Source: an uncultured Negativicutes bacterium (GTDB lineage Bacteria > Bacillota > Negativicutes > JBAXTZ01). Taken from it: 64,000 bases of DNA. The stretch covers positions 29,877 through 93,876 of the forward strand of contig CAVRJL010000006.1 of NCBI GenBank assembly GCA_963721525.1, in the 5' to 3' direction. A program made the translations under genes and the position numbers. The notes under the pieces are model-generated. The model saw nothing but the letters and a program-made list of their open reading frames with translations, did no database searches and was not told the origin of the DNA. Below, in pieces: positions 19,530 to 29,125 of the stretch; the first letter of the stretch is position 1, and every line of letters starts with the position of its first letter.

Positions 19530-20105
19530 ATGAAAAAGAAAATTCCAGTAAGCGTATCAGCAAGACATGTACATCTTAAACAGGGAGATGTAGAGAAATT
19601 ATTCGGAAAAGGAGCTGAGTTAACTGTTTTTAAATCTTTATTTCAACCCGGTTCCTATGCTTGCAATGAAAAAGTAGACATTGTTACAGATAAAGGAATG
19701 ATTAAAGGGGTGCGGATATTGGGTCCAATGAATAAACAAACGCAAGTAGAAATATCTATGACAGATGCTTTAAAACTTAAAGTAAATATACCTATACGTG
19801 CTAGCGGTAATTTAAAAAATTCAGCTGCTTGTAAGTTAGTTGGTCCTGCTGGTGAATTAGTTTTAAAAGAAGGACTTATTGGAGCCCAGCGTCATATACA
19901 TGCTAGTAAAAAAGATGCAGAAGAATTGGGTATCTGTGATAAACAGATTGTAAGTGTTTGTTGTATCGGAGTAAGGGGATTGAAATTTGATAATGTATTA
20001 GTTCGCATTAATAACGAATTCAAATTAGAAATGCATATTGATACTGACGAAGCAAATGCATGTTTTATAGGGGAATGCAATAATGAAGCACAAATTGTGA
20101 ATTAA
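19530..20105 (+). CDS. pduL: Phosphate propanoyltransferase (PduL-family phosphotransacylase)
   Basis: VSARHVHL, VRILGP, QVEISMTD, RHIH, EMHIDTDEANA. No N-terminal encapsulation peptide evident. Confidence 0.92.
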   Translation: MKKKIPVSVSARHVHLKQGDVEKLFGKGAELTVFKSLFQPGSYACNEKVDIVTDKGMIKGVRILGPMNKQTQVEISMTDALKLKVNIPIRASGNLKNSAACKLVGPAGELVLKEGLIGAQRHIHASKKDAEELGICDKQIVSVCCIGVRGLKFDNVLVRINNEFKLEMHIDTDEANACFIGECNNEAQIVN

Positions 20106-20141
20106 ACTTAGAATATTAAAAAAGGAAATACGGAGGACAGA

Positions 20142-20525
20142 ATGGAAGAAGTAATTATTAGAGTGCGAATGAGTCAATCAGATGCTCGTTATGGTGGAAA
20201 TCTTATTGCTGGGGCAAAAATGTTGGAAATAATTGGAGATGTAGCAACAGAAATATTAATTAGAAACGACGGAGATGAAGGTTTATGTTGCGCTTATGAT
20301 AACATCCAATTTTTAGCTCCTGTTTATCCGGGAGATTATGTTGAGGCAACAGGAAAAATAACAAATATTGGAAATACATCGCGTAAAATAATTTTTGAAG
20401 TATGTAAGGTAGTTAGTCCCTGTTTAGATGTATCCTCCTCAGCTGCTGATTTTTTATTAGAACCTATTATTGTATGTAAAGCCAGTGGAATTTTTGTAGT
20501 CCCTAAAAAATGCCAACGTAAATAA
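20142..20525 (+). CDS. kal: Hot-dog-fold beta-aminoacyl-CoA ammonia-lyase (Kal / Acl family)
   Basis: IRVRMS..DA.YGGNL, GDVATE.LIR.DGDEGL, FLAPV..GDY.EA.G, GNTSRK, P..VCKA.G..VVP...QR. Confidence 0.8.
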   Translation: MEEVIIRVRMSQSDARYGGNLIAGAKMLEIIGDVATEILIRNDGDEGLCCAYDNIQFLAPVYPGDYVEATGKITNIGNTSRKIIFEVCKVVSPCLDVSSSAADFLLEPIIVCKASGIFVVPKKCQRK

Positions 20526-20717
20526 TTATATAAATTAAATTATAAAATTTAATATTAGTATTATATACTGAGGTTAATGCTAATGATTTAACAGAATAAA
20601 GATAAATCAACATTGTTAGAATACGAACGTCATAAAGTATAAGCTTATTAATCTTTTTTTTAAAATAAAAATAAATATATAAAAATATTATAATTAAAAA
20701 TTTGCAAGGAATGTATA

Positions 20718-20918
20718 ATGATACAAAATAATGAATTATTAAAAAAAGCAGGGGAGAGCAAATATACTTTAGTTATTATGGCAGCGAAAAGAGCCCGTGA
20801 AATAGTTGATGAAAATAAAATGAATTGCGAAAAACAACATAAACCAGTTATATGTGCTTTAAAAGAAATTTTAGAAGAAAAAATTACTTTTGAACGACGA
20901 CGTACAGGTTTAAAATAA
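20718..20918 (+). CDS. rpoZ: RNA polymerase omega subunit
   Basis: SKYTLVIMAAKRARE, KPV..AL.EI. Confidence 0.95.
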   Translation: MIQNNELLKKAGESKYTLVIMAAKRAREIVDENKMNCEKQHKPVICALKEILEEKITFERRRTGLK

Positions 20919-20943
20919 ATAAAAATTAAGCTAAATACAGTTG

Positions 20944-21031
20944 CCTCATCAAGAATTCAGTGAAGTAATAAAGCTTTGTGAAGTTATAGTAACCGGTCGG
21001 TGCTAATTCTTACTGAAATACGTAAGACGGG
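20944..21031 (+). promoter_or_regulatory. Degenerate SAM-I (S-box) riboswitch upstream of metK
   Basis: CUCAUCAAGA...GUGAAG...GUAACC...GGUGCUAAUUC...AAGACGGG follows the SAM-I landmark order, directly 5' of metK. Confidence 0.6.
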
Positions 21032-21094
21032 GAATTAATAGAGCTTCCCAAATTCATTAATAATTTTATGTTAATAAATAATTGGGAGACATAA

Positions 21095-22330
21095 ATGCTA
21101 AAAAATAGGAAATTGTTTACCTCGGAATCAGTAACAGAAGGACATCCTGATAAAATTTGCGACCAAATATCTGATGCGATTTTAGATGCTGTACTTACTA
21201 AAGACCCATATGCGCGTGTAGCTTGTGAAACGATGGTGACTACAGGTCAAGTACATATTGTTGGAGAAATAAGTTGTAATTGTTATATTGACATTACGAA
21301 AATAGCTCGAGATACTATAAAGAAAATTGGATATACAGGCAATTATGGGTTTGACGGAGATACTGTGGGAGTATTGATTTCTATTGATGAACAATCGCCT
21401 GATATAGCTTTAGGAGTAGATAAATTTCAAGGAGCTAAAAAAGATTATAATGGGACATACGAATTACTTGGCGCAGGAGATCAAGGAATTATGTTCGGAT
21501 ATGCAACAAATGAAACAGAAGAATATATGCCCATGCCTATAGCCTTTGCACATAAATTATCACGTCGACTAGCTCTTGTTAGAAAAAAGAGAATATTGGA
21601 TTATTTGCGGCCTGATGGAAAAACGCAAGTAACTATCGAATATATAGATGATAAGCCTCAAAGAATTGATACAATAGTGATATCTACCCAACATGCTGAA
21701 AACGTAAAATTAGACATTATTTGTAAGGATATAATAGAATATGTTATTAAGCCTGTGATCCCAAAAAAATATATTGATAAATCTACTAATTATTATATAA
21801 ATCCTACTGGAAGATTTGTAATAGGGGGTCCGCAAGGAGACGCAGGTTTAACTGGACGAAAAATAATTGTAGATACCTATGGAGGGATGGCAAGACACGG
21901 CGGGGGATCTTTTTCAGGAAAAGATCCCACAAAAGTTGATCGTTCAGCTTCATATGCTGCACGATATGTAGCAAAAAATATAGTAGCGGCAGGTTTAGCA
22001 AACAAATGCGAAGTGCAATTGGCTTATGTTATAGGAATTCCTAATCCAGTATCAATAAGAGTAGATACTTTTAACACAGGTAAAATAGATGATGTTTGTA
22101 TAATAAAATTAATTAATAAACATTTTAACCTTACTCCTGGAGGAATTATAGATTCTCTTAACCTAAGAACTCCTGTTTATAAACAAGTTGCTGCATATGG
22201 TCATTTTGGTAGAATAGATTTAGATCTTAGCTGGGAAAAAATTGATAAAGTTGATATTCTTTGTGCAGAATCACAAAAGTTAATAAAAAATAATCATTTC
22301 TTAAATTTACATGTTAAGCATGACTCTTAG
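21095..22330 (+). CDS. metK: S-adenosylmethionine synthetase
   Basis: [52 protein letters not shown]. Confidence 0.98.
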   Translation: MLKNRKLFTSESVTEGHPDKICDQISDAILDAVLTKDPYARVACETMVTTGQVHIVGEISCNCYIDITKIARDTIKKIGYTGNYGFDGDTVGVLISIDEQSPDIALGVDKFQGAKKDYNGTYELLGAGDQGIMFGYATNETEEYMPMPIAFAHKLSRRLALVRKKRILDYLRPDGKTQVTIEYIDDKPQRIDTIVISTQHAENVKLDIICKDIIEYVIKPVIPKKYIDKSTNYYINPTGRFVIGGPQGDAGLTGRKIIVDTYGGMARHGGGSFSGKDPTKVDRSASYAARYVAKNIVAAGLANKCEVQLAYVIGIPNPVSIRVDTFNTGKIDDVCIIKLINKHFNLTPGGIIDSLNLRTPVYKQVAAYGHFGRIDLDLSWEKIDKVDILCAESQKLIKNNHFLNLHVKHDS

Positions 22331-22360
22331 AAATTTTTAGTTAAGATAGGGAGAAAAAAT

Positions 22361-24553
22361 ATTATTGCTGATATAGTCATAAATATACCAGGGAAAAATA
22401 TATTAAAAGAATATAGTTATATTGTTCCAGTAGAATTAAACGTTAAGATAGGGGCAAGAGTTATTATTCCTTTTGGGAGAAAAATAGTTGAAGGAATAGT
22501 TACAAATTTAAGAGAAGATGAAACTAATGGGTTAAAAAAAATTATCACAACAACTAAAGTTGATACATGGTTTGATAGCAAATTATTAAATTTAGCAAAA
22601 AAAATATCTGAATATTATTATTGTTCTTATACTGAAGCTTTAAGACTATTTATACCAGGTAAAAGCATTGTAAAAAAAAATAAACATTTTACTCAAGAAA
22701 AAAACCTGATAGTTATTGAAATAGCAAACAATGAGCAAGACGAAAATAGCTTTAAAAACAGACCTGTTCAATATAAACTTTTTAATTATATGACTAAAAA
22801 GAAAAGTGAATTATTATCTCATATTTTATCAATAGGATTTTCAAGGCAGGTTATAAATAGTGGACTAAATAGCGGGTGGCTTAAAAAAAATAAAAAAAGA
22901 TGTTTTCGCGATAGTTATTCTACGATTACCGAAGTTAGTAATTTAAATAAAAAGATAACCTTAAATAACGAACAAAAAAAAGTTTATAACGAAATTTGTA
23001 AATCTTTAGAAAAAAATGAAAACAGAGTATTTTTATTACACGGAATAACCGGTAGCGGCAAGACAGAAGTCTATATGCAATTAGCTATGGAAGTTAAAAA
23101 CAATAGTAAACAAACCATTGTATTAGTTCCAGAAATATCATTGACAGGACAAATGGTAGAAAGGTTTAAAAGTCGATTTTTTAATAGAGTAGGAGTTATT
23201 CATAGTAAAATAAGCGCTTCAGAAAGAGCTGATGTATTCGAACAATCAAAAAATCAAAGCATAGATATAATTATTGGTGCTCGCTCAGCTATTTTTACTC
23301 CTACTTGCCAGCTAGGTTTAATAATTATTGATGAAGAACAAGAATTTAGCTATAAACAAGAAGAACGTCCTTATTATAATGCAAAACAAATAGCTCAATG
23401 GCGAGCATCTAGTAGTAATATTCCTTTAATATTTGGAACTGCTACGCCAAGTATTGAAATATATTATAAAGCCTTAACAGATAATATAAGATTGTTACCA
23501 TTGAAAAAACGACCTGACCAAGCCACTCTGCCTGAAGTTCAAATAGTTGATTTATGTAAAGAATTTAATAAAAAAAATCGAACTGTTATTTCCGAAAAAT
23601 TAAAGATATTAATTCAATCTACATTATTAAAAAAAGAACAAACAATTGTTTTATTAAATAGAAGAGGCTATTCAACGTTTGTTATTTGTCGAGAATGTGG
23701 ACATGTTATGACTTGTATTTATTGTGATGTGTCATTAACGTATCATAATAATACGAATATTTTAAAATGTCATTATTGTGGTTATTTTGGGGAAAATCCT
23801 CTTTCTTGTCCTAATTGTAAAGGTAAATATATACGTTACTTTGGAACTGGAACACAAAAAGTTGAAGAACAATTAAAAAAGTTATTTCCCACTGCAAGAA
23901 TTTTACGAATGGATCAAGATACTACTAAAGGTAAATTCGGGCATGAAAAAAAAATAAATGACTTTAAAAGTGCTAAATTTGATATACTTGTGGGTACACA
24001 AATGGTAGCAAAAGGGCATGACATTTCAAATGTATCTCTAGTAGGAATTATAAGCGCGGACACTTGTCTAAATTTCCCTGATTTTCGAGCAAGTGAAAAA
24101 ACTTTTGCGTTATTAGCACAAGCATCTGGTAGAGCAGGTAGAGGACAGATTAAAGGAAATGTATTAATACAAACGTATAATCCTAATCATTATTCTATAT
24201 TAGCAGCAGCAAACCATGATTATGAAACTTTCTTTTATCAAGAAATACAAGAAAGAAAAGAATTAGGATATCCTCCTTTAGAAAAGATTTTTAAAATTAG
24301 TTTACAATCCAATAATCAAGAAAAAGGTAGAAATCAAGCTAAAGACATAGTAGACAAAATAAAGAGAACTAATAGAGATATAAAAATAGTTGGACCTATT
24401 CAACCCTTAATAACAAAAATAAAGAGTTATTATCGTTATTTAATTTTAATTAAAAGTAAAGATGAAAAAATTTTGCGTATTTGTATAAAAAATACCGCTA
24501 TAGACAAAATGAAAAATATTGATATTGATGTAAGTCCTATAAGTATTATGTGA
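22361..24553 (+). CDS. priA: Primosomal protein N' (PriA); probable non-canonical ATT start at 22361
   Basis: Frame is open from 22331 and encodes the PriA N-terminal domain (IADIVINIP...YSY.VP....IGARVIIPFG...VEGIV), which the ORF track misses. SD GGGAGA 6 nt before ATT. Helicase motifs GITGSGKTEVY, IIIDEEQ, LLNRRGY, four CxxC, GTQMVAKG, QASGRAGR. Confidence 0.9.
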   Translation: MIADIVINIPGKNILKEYSYIVPVELNVKIGARVIIPFGRKIVEGIVTNLREDETNGLKKIITTTKVDTWFDSKLLNLAKKISEYYYCSYTEALRLFIPGKSIVKKNKHFTQEKNLIVIEIANNEQDENSFKNRPVQYKLFNYMTKKKSELLSHILSIGFSRQVINSGLNSGWLKKNKKRCFRDSYSTITEVSNLNKKITLNNEQKKVYNEICKSLEKNENRVFLLHGITGSGKTEVYMQLAMEVKNNSKQTIVLVPEISLTGQMVERFKSRFFNRVGVIHSKISASERADVFEQSKNQSIDIIIGARSAIFTPTCQLGLIIIDEEQEFSYKQEERPYYNAKQIAQWRASSSNIPLIFGTATPSIEIYYKALTDNIRLLPLKKRPDQATLPEVQIVDLCKEFNKKNRTVISEKLKILIQSTLLKKEQTIVLLNRRGYSTFVICRECGHVMTCIYCDVSLTYHNNTNILKCHYCGYFGENPLSCPNCKGKYIRYFGTGTQKVEEQLKKLFPTARILRMDQDTTKGKFGHEKKINDFKSAKFDILVGTQMVAKGHDISNVSLVGIISADTCLNFPDFRASEKTFALLAQASGRAGRGQIKGNVLIQTYNPNHYSILAAANHDYETFFYQEIQERKELGYPPLEKIFKISLQSNNQEKGRNQAKDIVDKIKRTNRDIKIVGPIQPLITKIKSYYRYLILIKSKDEKILRICIKNTAIDKMKNIDIDVSPISIM

Positions 24554-24670
24554 CATTTTTTCTAAACACTTTTATTGTGTTGGAAAGTAGCTCGTTTAAC
24601 AGTTTTTAAATAAATTTTTTAAATTTCAACGATCCTGTTAAGTTTATCTAAGAGTGATAAATTTAACATT

Positions 24671-24699
24671 TTGACATCATTATTTATTAATGCTATTAT
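24671..24699 (+). promoter_or_regulatory. rnpB promoter
   Basis: TTGACA-17 nt-TATTAT with extended TG, 7 nt before the RNase P P1 helix. Confidence 0.7.
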
Positions 24700-24705
24700 A
24701 TATTC

Positions 24706-25058
24706 TGCGTAAGCATGAAAGATAATCGCAGATAAATCTGAGGAAAGTCCGAACTCCAAAGGGCAGAATGCCGGATAACATCCGGCGAGAGTAATCTCAG
24801 GGAAAGTGCCACAGAAATGTGTACCGCCTTCGTTAAAGAAGGTAAGGGTGAAACGGTGCGGTAAGGGCGCACCAGCGACAAAGTAATTTGTTGGCTAGGT
24901 AAACCCCATTCGGAGCAAGACTAAATAGGGAAGAAAAGACGTTGCCCGCAGATCTTCCGGGTTAGTCGCTGGAACTGTATGGTAACATATAGTCAAGATA
25001 AATGATTATCGCCACTTATTTAAGTGGAACAGAACTCGGCTTAATGATTGCTTACGTA
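24706..25058 (+). ncRNA. rnpB: RNase P RNA, bacterial type A
   Basis: GAGGAAAGUCC, AGUGCCACAGAAA, GGUGAAACGGUGCGGUAAG, GGUAAACCCC, AGAUAAAUGAU, ACAGAACUCGGCUUA; terminal pairing UGCGUAAGCA/UGCUUACGUA. Confidence 0.97.
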
Positions 25059-25082
25059 TAAGTGACCTTATTATTAATTTTA

Positions 25083-25126
25083 AAGCTGTTATTAGATTTT
25101 TATGTTATCTAATAACAGCTTATTTA
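25083..25126 (+). terminator. rnpB terminator hairpin
   Basis: aagctgttattagat...atctaataacagctt, 15-bp inverted repeat. Confidence 0.7.
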
Positions 25127-25222
25127 TGTTATTGTTTTTATTTATATAAACAATAATATATAAACAAACTATATTATTGCTGATAAATATAGTAATCACT
25201 TATAAAGTTTAAGTATTATAAA

Positions 25223-26293
25223 ATGATTTTTAAAAAAAATAAAAACTATCTCAAAAAAATAAATGAGTATAATTTATTAAGCCAGCTATTATTAAAAAAA
25301 TATATTATATTCATCATAAAATTTATGATAATAGCTGGCTTTGCTATACAATTAACTTTTGTATTAATAAATTTACCAGTAAATTTTATAGACAAAAATT
25401 TATATTACTATAATGTAAATTATGGAGCTACAACTGATAAAGTGGCAAATGATTTATATAAATTAAAATTAATTCGTTCAAAAACAGCATTCAAAATTTT
25501 AGCTCATTTTAAATATTTAAATAGTAAAATAAAAAAAGGAACATATGGGTTAAGCCCTAATATGACTCTTAATGAAATAATATCCTTACTTTCCGAGGGT
25601 AAATTTGTTGAACAAAAAGTAACAATTCCTGAAGGATTTACAGTTGAACAAATTGCAGAGTTGTTATCCAAAAAACAAATTATTATTAATAAAAATAAAT
25701 TTCTTGAATTAGCAAAAACGTATGTTCCATATGATTATATAAAAAAATCAGCTAAAGTAAAATATCAATGTGAAGGGTTTTTATTCCCAGATACATATTA
25801 TTTTTTAGAAAAAAGTGATCCGAAAATTATATTGACAACTTTAACTTATCAGTTTAATAAAAAATTTGTACCAGAAATGAAGGCAAAAGCTCAAAAGCAG
25901 AATATGTCTATATATGATATTATAGTTTTAGCTTCAATAATCGAACGAGAAGCAAAGTTAAAAGACGAACGTGCAAAGATTGCAGGAGTTTTTATAAATA
26001 GAATAAATAAAAAAATGCTTTTACAATCTTGCGCTACAGTAGAATATATATTGCAAAAGCATAAAAATGCATTGTCAATCAAAGATATAGAAATTGATTC
26101 TCCATATAATACTTATATAAACTATGGTTTACCACCAGGGCCTATTTCAAATCCTGGACTGGAATCTATAAAATCAGTTTTATATCCAGAAAAAACTGAT
26201 TTTTTATATTATGTAATTAATGGGAAATGCGGTCATTATTTTGCTAAAACGTATGCGGAACATGAAAAAAATATAACTAAATTAAACTTATAA
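25223..26293 (+). CDS. mltG: Endolytic transglycosylase MltG
   Basis: N-terminal TM, VTIPEG, EGFLFPDTY, LASIIERE, LQSCATV.Y, SPYNTY...GLPPGPISNPG. Confidence 0.95.
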   Translation: MIFKKNKNYLKKINEYNLLSQLLLKKYIIFIIKFMIIAGFAIQLTFVLINLPVNFIDKNLYYYNVNYGATTDKVANDLYKLKLIRSKTAFKILAHFKYLNSKIKKGTYGLSPNMTLNEIISLLSEGKFVEQKVTIPEGFTVEQIAELLSKKQIIINKNKFLELAKTYVPYDYIKKSAKVKYQCEGFLFPDTYYFLEKSDPKIILTTLTYQFNKKFVPEMKAKAQKQNMSIYDIIVLASIIEREAKLKDERAKIAGVFINRINKKMLLQSCATVEYILQKHKNALSIKDIEIDSPYNTYINYGLPPGPISNPGLESIKSVLYPEKTDFLYYVINGKCGHYFAKTYAEHEKNITKLNL

Positions 26294-26314
26294 AAATAGT
26301 TAAAGGTGTAAAAT

Positions 26315-27697
26315 ATGAATAAAAATTTAGTATCCTGTGATAAATTAAATAGAGGTTTGAAAGAGAGACATATACAATTGATAGCTTTTGGTGGAACAAT
26401 AGGAGTAGGATTATTTTATGGCTCATCTGCAGCTATAAAATCTGCAGGGCCGTCATTGATAATTATGTATTTATTAATAGCTACTTTTATTTTTTTTGTT
26501 ATGCGTGCCTTAGGAGAATTAGCTGTGTCTAAACCTGTAGCAGGTTCTTTTGCTACCTATGCTTATGAAGAAATAGGACCTTTAGCTGGGTTTCTTACGG
26601 GTTGGTCTTATTGGATTATGTGGATAGTTGCCTGTATGGCTGAAATTACCGCAGCTGGTGTATATATGCAGTATTGGTTTCCAAACATTGCTCAATGGAT
26701 ATTTGCTTTATTTAGCTTAATATCTATGACGATTGTTAATATGATTACTGTTCGCTTATATGGAGAATTTGAATTTTGGTTTGCTTTAATTAAAATAGTT
26801 ACCATTATTTTAATGTTAATAATGGGTACGGTATTAATAATTTTTGGTATAGGTAATAATGGAGTTCCTATAGGAATAAGTAATTTATGGAGTTTTGGCG
26901 GATTTTTTCCTAATGGGATTGATGGAATGATTCATTCTTTAAACATAGTAGTTTTTGCTTATTTAGGAGTAGAGCTTATTGGAGTTACCGCCGGAGAAGC
27001 ACAAAATCCTAAAAAAACTATACCTTCAGCGATAAACAAAGTTTTTTGGCGTGTACTAATATTTTATATTGCTTCATTATTTGTAATAATGTCACTGTAT
27101 CCTTGGAGTAAAATATGCGAAATGGGAAGTCCATTTGTTATTACTTTTGCAAAATTAGGAATAAAACAAGCAGCAGGTATAATAAATTTTGTTGTATTAA
27201 CAGCTGCTTTATCTGCTTGTAACGGTGGTGTTTTTTCTACAGGTAGAATGTTATACGGATTATCAGAAAAAAAGGAAGCTCCTTCTATTTTTTACAAGTT
27301 AAACAAGAACCATGTTCCGGTAACAGCTCTGTTATTTAGTGCAATTTTAATGTTAATTGGAGTATTTTTAAATTATATTATGCCAGCAAAAGCATTTCAT
27401 ATTATAATATCTTTAGCCACAACTTATGTTTTATTTACTTGGGGTATAATACTCGTATCTCATCTAAATAAACGAAAAAAATTCGTAAAAAATCATCCTG
27501 GTAAAAAACCTACTTTTGCTATGCCTTTTTATCCTATCTCCAATTATGGGTGCTTGTTGATTATAGCTTTTGTTTTAGGGGCAATGTTATATTATCCTGA
27601 TACAAGGTTATCAGGACTTTTAGCGCCAATATGGTTTATTATTTTGTATATAGTTTATAAAGTAAAGTACGAGAAAAATAGAACTAATGGATATTAG
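26315..27697 (+). CDS. Amino acid permease (APC/AAT family)
   Basis: L.RGLKERHIQLIAFGGTIGVGLF, MRALGE, YGEFEFWFALIK, GVELIGVTAGE, SPFV, INFVVLTAALS. Confidence 0.92.
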   Translation: MNKNLVSCDKLNRGLKERHIQLIAFGGTIGVGLFYGSSAAIKSAGPSLIIMYLLIATFIFFVMRALGELAVSKPVAGSFATYAYEEIGPLAGFLTGWSYWIMWIVACMAEITAAGVYMQYWFPNIAQWIFALFSLISMTIVNMITVRLYGEFEFWFALIKIVTIILMLIMGTVLIIFGIGNNGVPIGISNLWSFGGFFPNGIDGMIHSLNIVVFAYLGVELIGVTAGEAQNPKKTIPSAINKVFWRVLIFYIASLFVIMSLYPWSKICEMGSPFVITFAKLGIKQAAGIINFVVLTAALSACNGGVFSTGRMLYGLSEKKEAPSIFYKLNKNHVPVTALLFSAILMLIGVFLNYIMPAKAFHIIISLATTYVLFTWGIILVSHLNKRKKFVKNHPGKKPTFAMPFYPISNYGCLLIIAFVLGAMLYYPDTRLSGLLAPIWFIILYIVYKVKYEKNRTNGY

Positions 27698-28916
27698 AAA
27701 AAAAGCTGAATTATTAATTCCAGCAGGTAGTTTAGAAAAACTAAAATTTGCTTTGTTATACGGTGCTGATAGCGTATATGTTGGCGGAAAAGAGTTTGGG
27801 CTAAGATCATATAGCGATAATTTTAATTTAGATGAACTAAGAATAGGTGTAAAGTTGACGCATAATTTAGGGAAGCGTATCTATGTAACAGTAAACGCTT
27901 ATTTACATGATAAAGAATTTCCTGCTTTAAATGACTACTTACACAATCTTATTGAACTTAATGTAGATGCCGTCATTGTGTCTGATATTGGAGTTTTTCA
28001 TACAATAAGAAATTTTTCTCCGCACTTAAAAATACATATAAGTACTCAAGCAAATACTGTTAATAGTGCTAGTATAAATTTTTGGAAAATATTGGGAGCA
28101 AGTAGAATAATTTTAGCTCGTGAGCTTACTATGGATGAAATTAAGACTATTGCTCTATCGACAAATATAGAGCTTGAATCCTTTATTCACGGAGCAATGT
28201 GTATTTCTTATTCAGGACGCTGCTTGTTGAGCAATTATTTAACCGGAAGAGATTCTAATTTAGGACAGTGTACTCAACCTTGTCGGTGGAAATATTTTTT
28301 ACAAGTAGAGAGCAGAGAAGGAAGACTTTTTCCTATATTTGAAGATAAACGTGGTTCATATGTGTTCAATTCTAAAGATTTATGTATGTTAGAACATTTG
28401 GATAAATTGATTACTATAGGCCTAGATTCATTTAAAATAGAGGGAAGAATGAAAAGCGTTCATTATGTAGCAACTGTAACAAGTTGTTATCGCAAAGCAA
28501 TTGATGCTTTATGTAGAAATATTGATGAGTATCGCGCAATTTTGCCTGGATTATTAAAAGAAATAAAAAAAATATCCAATAGAAATTATTGTAGTGGGTT
28601 TTATTTTGGACGTCCTGACGCAACTAGTCAAAATTACTTAAACTCTTCTAATCTTTCAACCTATGATTTTGTCGCTATAGTTTTATATTATGATAAAGAA
28701 AATAAAATTGCCGTTCTAGAAGAGCGCAATAATATAAAAAAAGGGGAAATAGTGGAATTTTTTCAACCAACATTATCTTTATTTGAACAAAAAATTAATA
28801 TACTTTATGATGAAAATAACAATGAAATAGATTTTGTTTGTCATCCTAAACAAATTTTTAAATTACGTATAACTAAATTAGTAGAACCATATACATGTGT
28901 AAGACGCAAAAAATGA
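27687..28916 (+). CDS. U32 family peptidase-like protein (TrhP-like tRNA hydroxylation)
   Basis: ELL.PAG, YGAD.VY.G, HISTQAN, ILAREL, HGAMCISYSGRCLLS, CTQPCRW, KIEGRMKS. Confidence 0.9.
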   Translation: MDIRKKAELLIPAGSLEKLKFALLYGADSVYVGGKEFGLRSYSDNFNLDELRIGVKLTHNLGKRIYVTVNAYLHDKEFPALNDYLHNLIELNVDAVIVSDIGVFHTIRNFSPHLKIHISTQANTVNSASINFWKILGASRIILARELTMDEIKTIALSTNIELESFIHGAMCISYSGRCLLSNYLTGRDSNLGQCTQPCRWKYFLQVESREGRLFPIFEDKRGSYVFNSKDLCMLEHLDKLITIGLDSFKIEGRMKSVHYVATVTSCYRKAIDALCRNIDEYRAILPGLLKEIKKISNRNYCSGFYFGRPDATSQNYLNSSNLSTYDFVAIVLYYDKENKIAVLEERNNIKKGEIVEFFQPTLSLFEQKINILYDENNNEIDFVCHPKQIFKLRITKLVEPYTCVRRKK

Positions 28917-29125
28917 ACAGTACATTATATATTCATGTTTCGGTAAATAAAATTAATTTTTTAAATCAAATAATAGAAGGATACGAATACCTAGGTTTAT
29001 TAACAACTATTAATAAATGGGAAGGTATTGTGGCTATTTATTGCACATCAGACACAAGAAAAGAAGCAGAAAAAATTTTAAATACTTTACCTTTTTATGT
29101 TGAAATAATTAATCATAAGGAATAA
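28913..29125 (+). CDS. DUF4911-like small protein
   Basis: INFLNQIIEGYEYLGLLTTI; ATGA overlap with the U32 gene; usual U32 neighbour. Confidence 0.7.
   Translation: MNSTLYIHVSVNKINFLNQIIEGYEYLGLLTTINKWEGIVAIYCTSDTRKEAEKILNTLPFYVEIINHKE

Noticed and set aside
20555-20643. Possible gmk 3' remnant (..NDL..ERHKV*) upstream of rpoZ
   Set aside because: Only a few matching residues across frames; cannot be told from chance in AT-rich DNA.
7285-22330. Genome-wide TAG reassignment or pyrrolysine, suggested by the NCS1 amber and the in-frame metK-priA
   Set aside because: TAG ends preA, etfB and the sugar porter at their expected termini, no other gene has an internal TAG, and no pyl genes are in the window.
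24696-24881. 61-aa minus-strand ORF
   Set aside because: Antisense shadow of the RNase P RNA.
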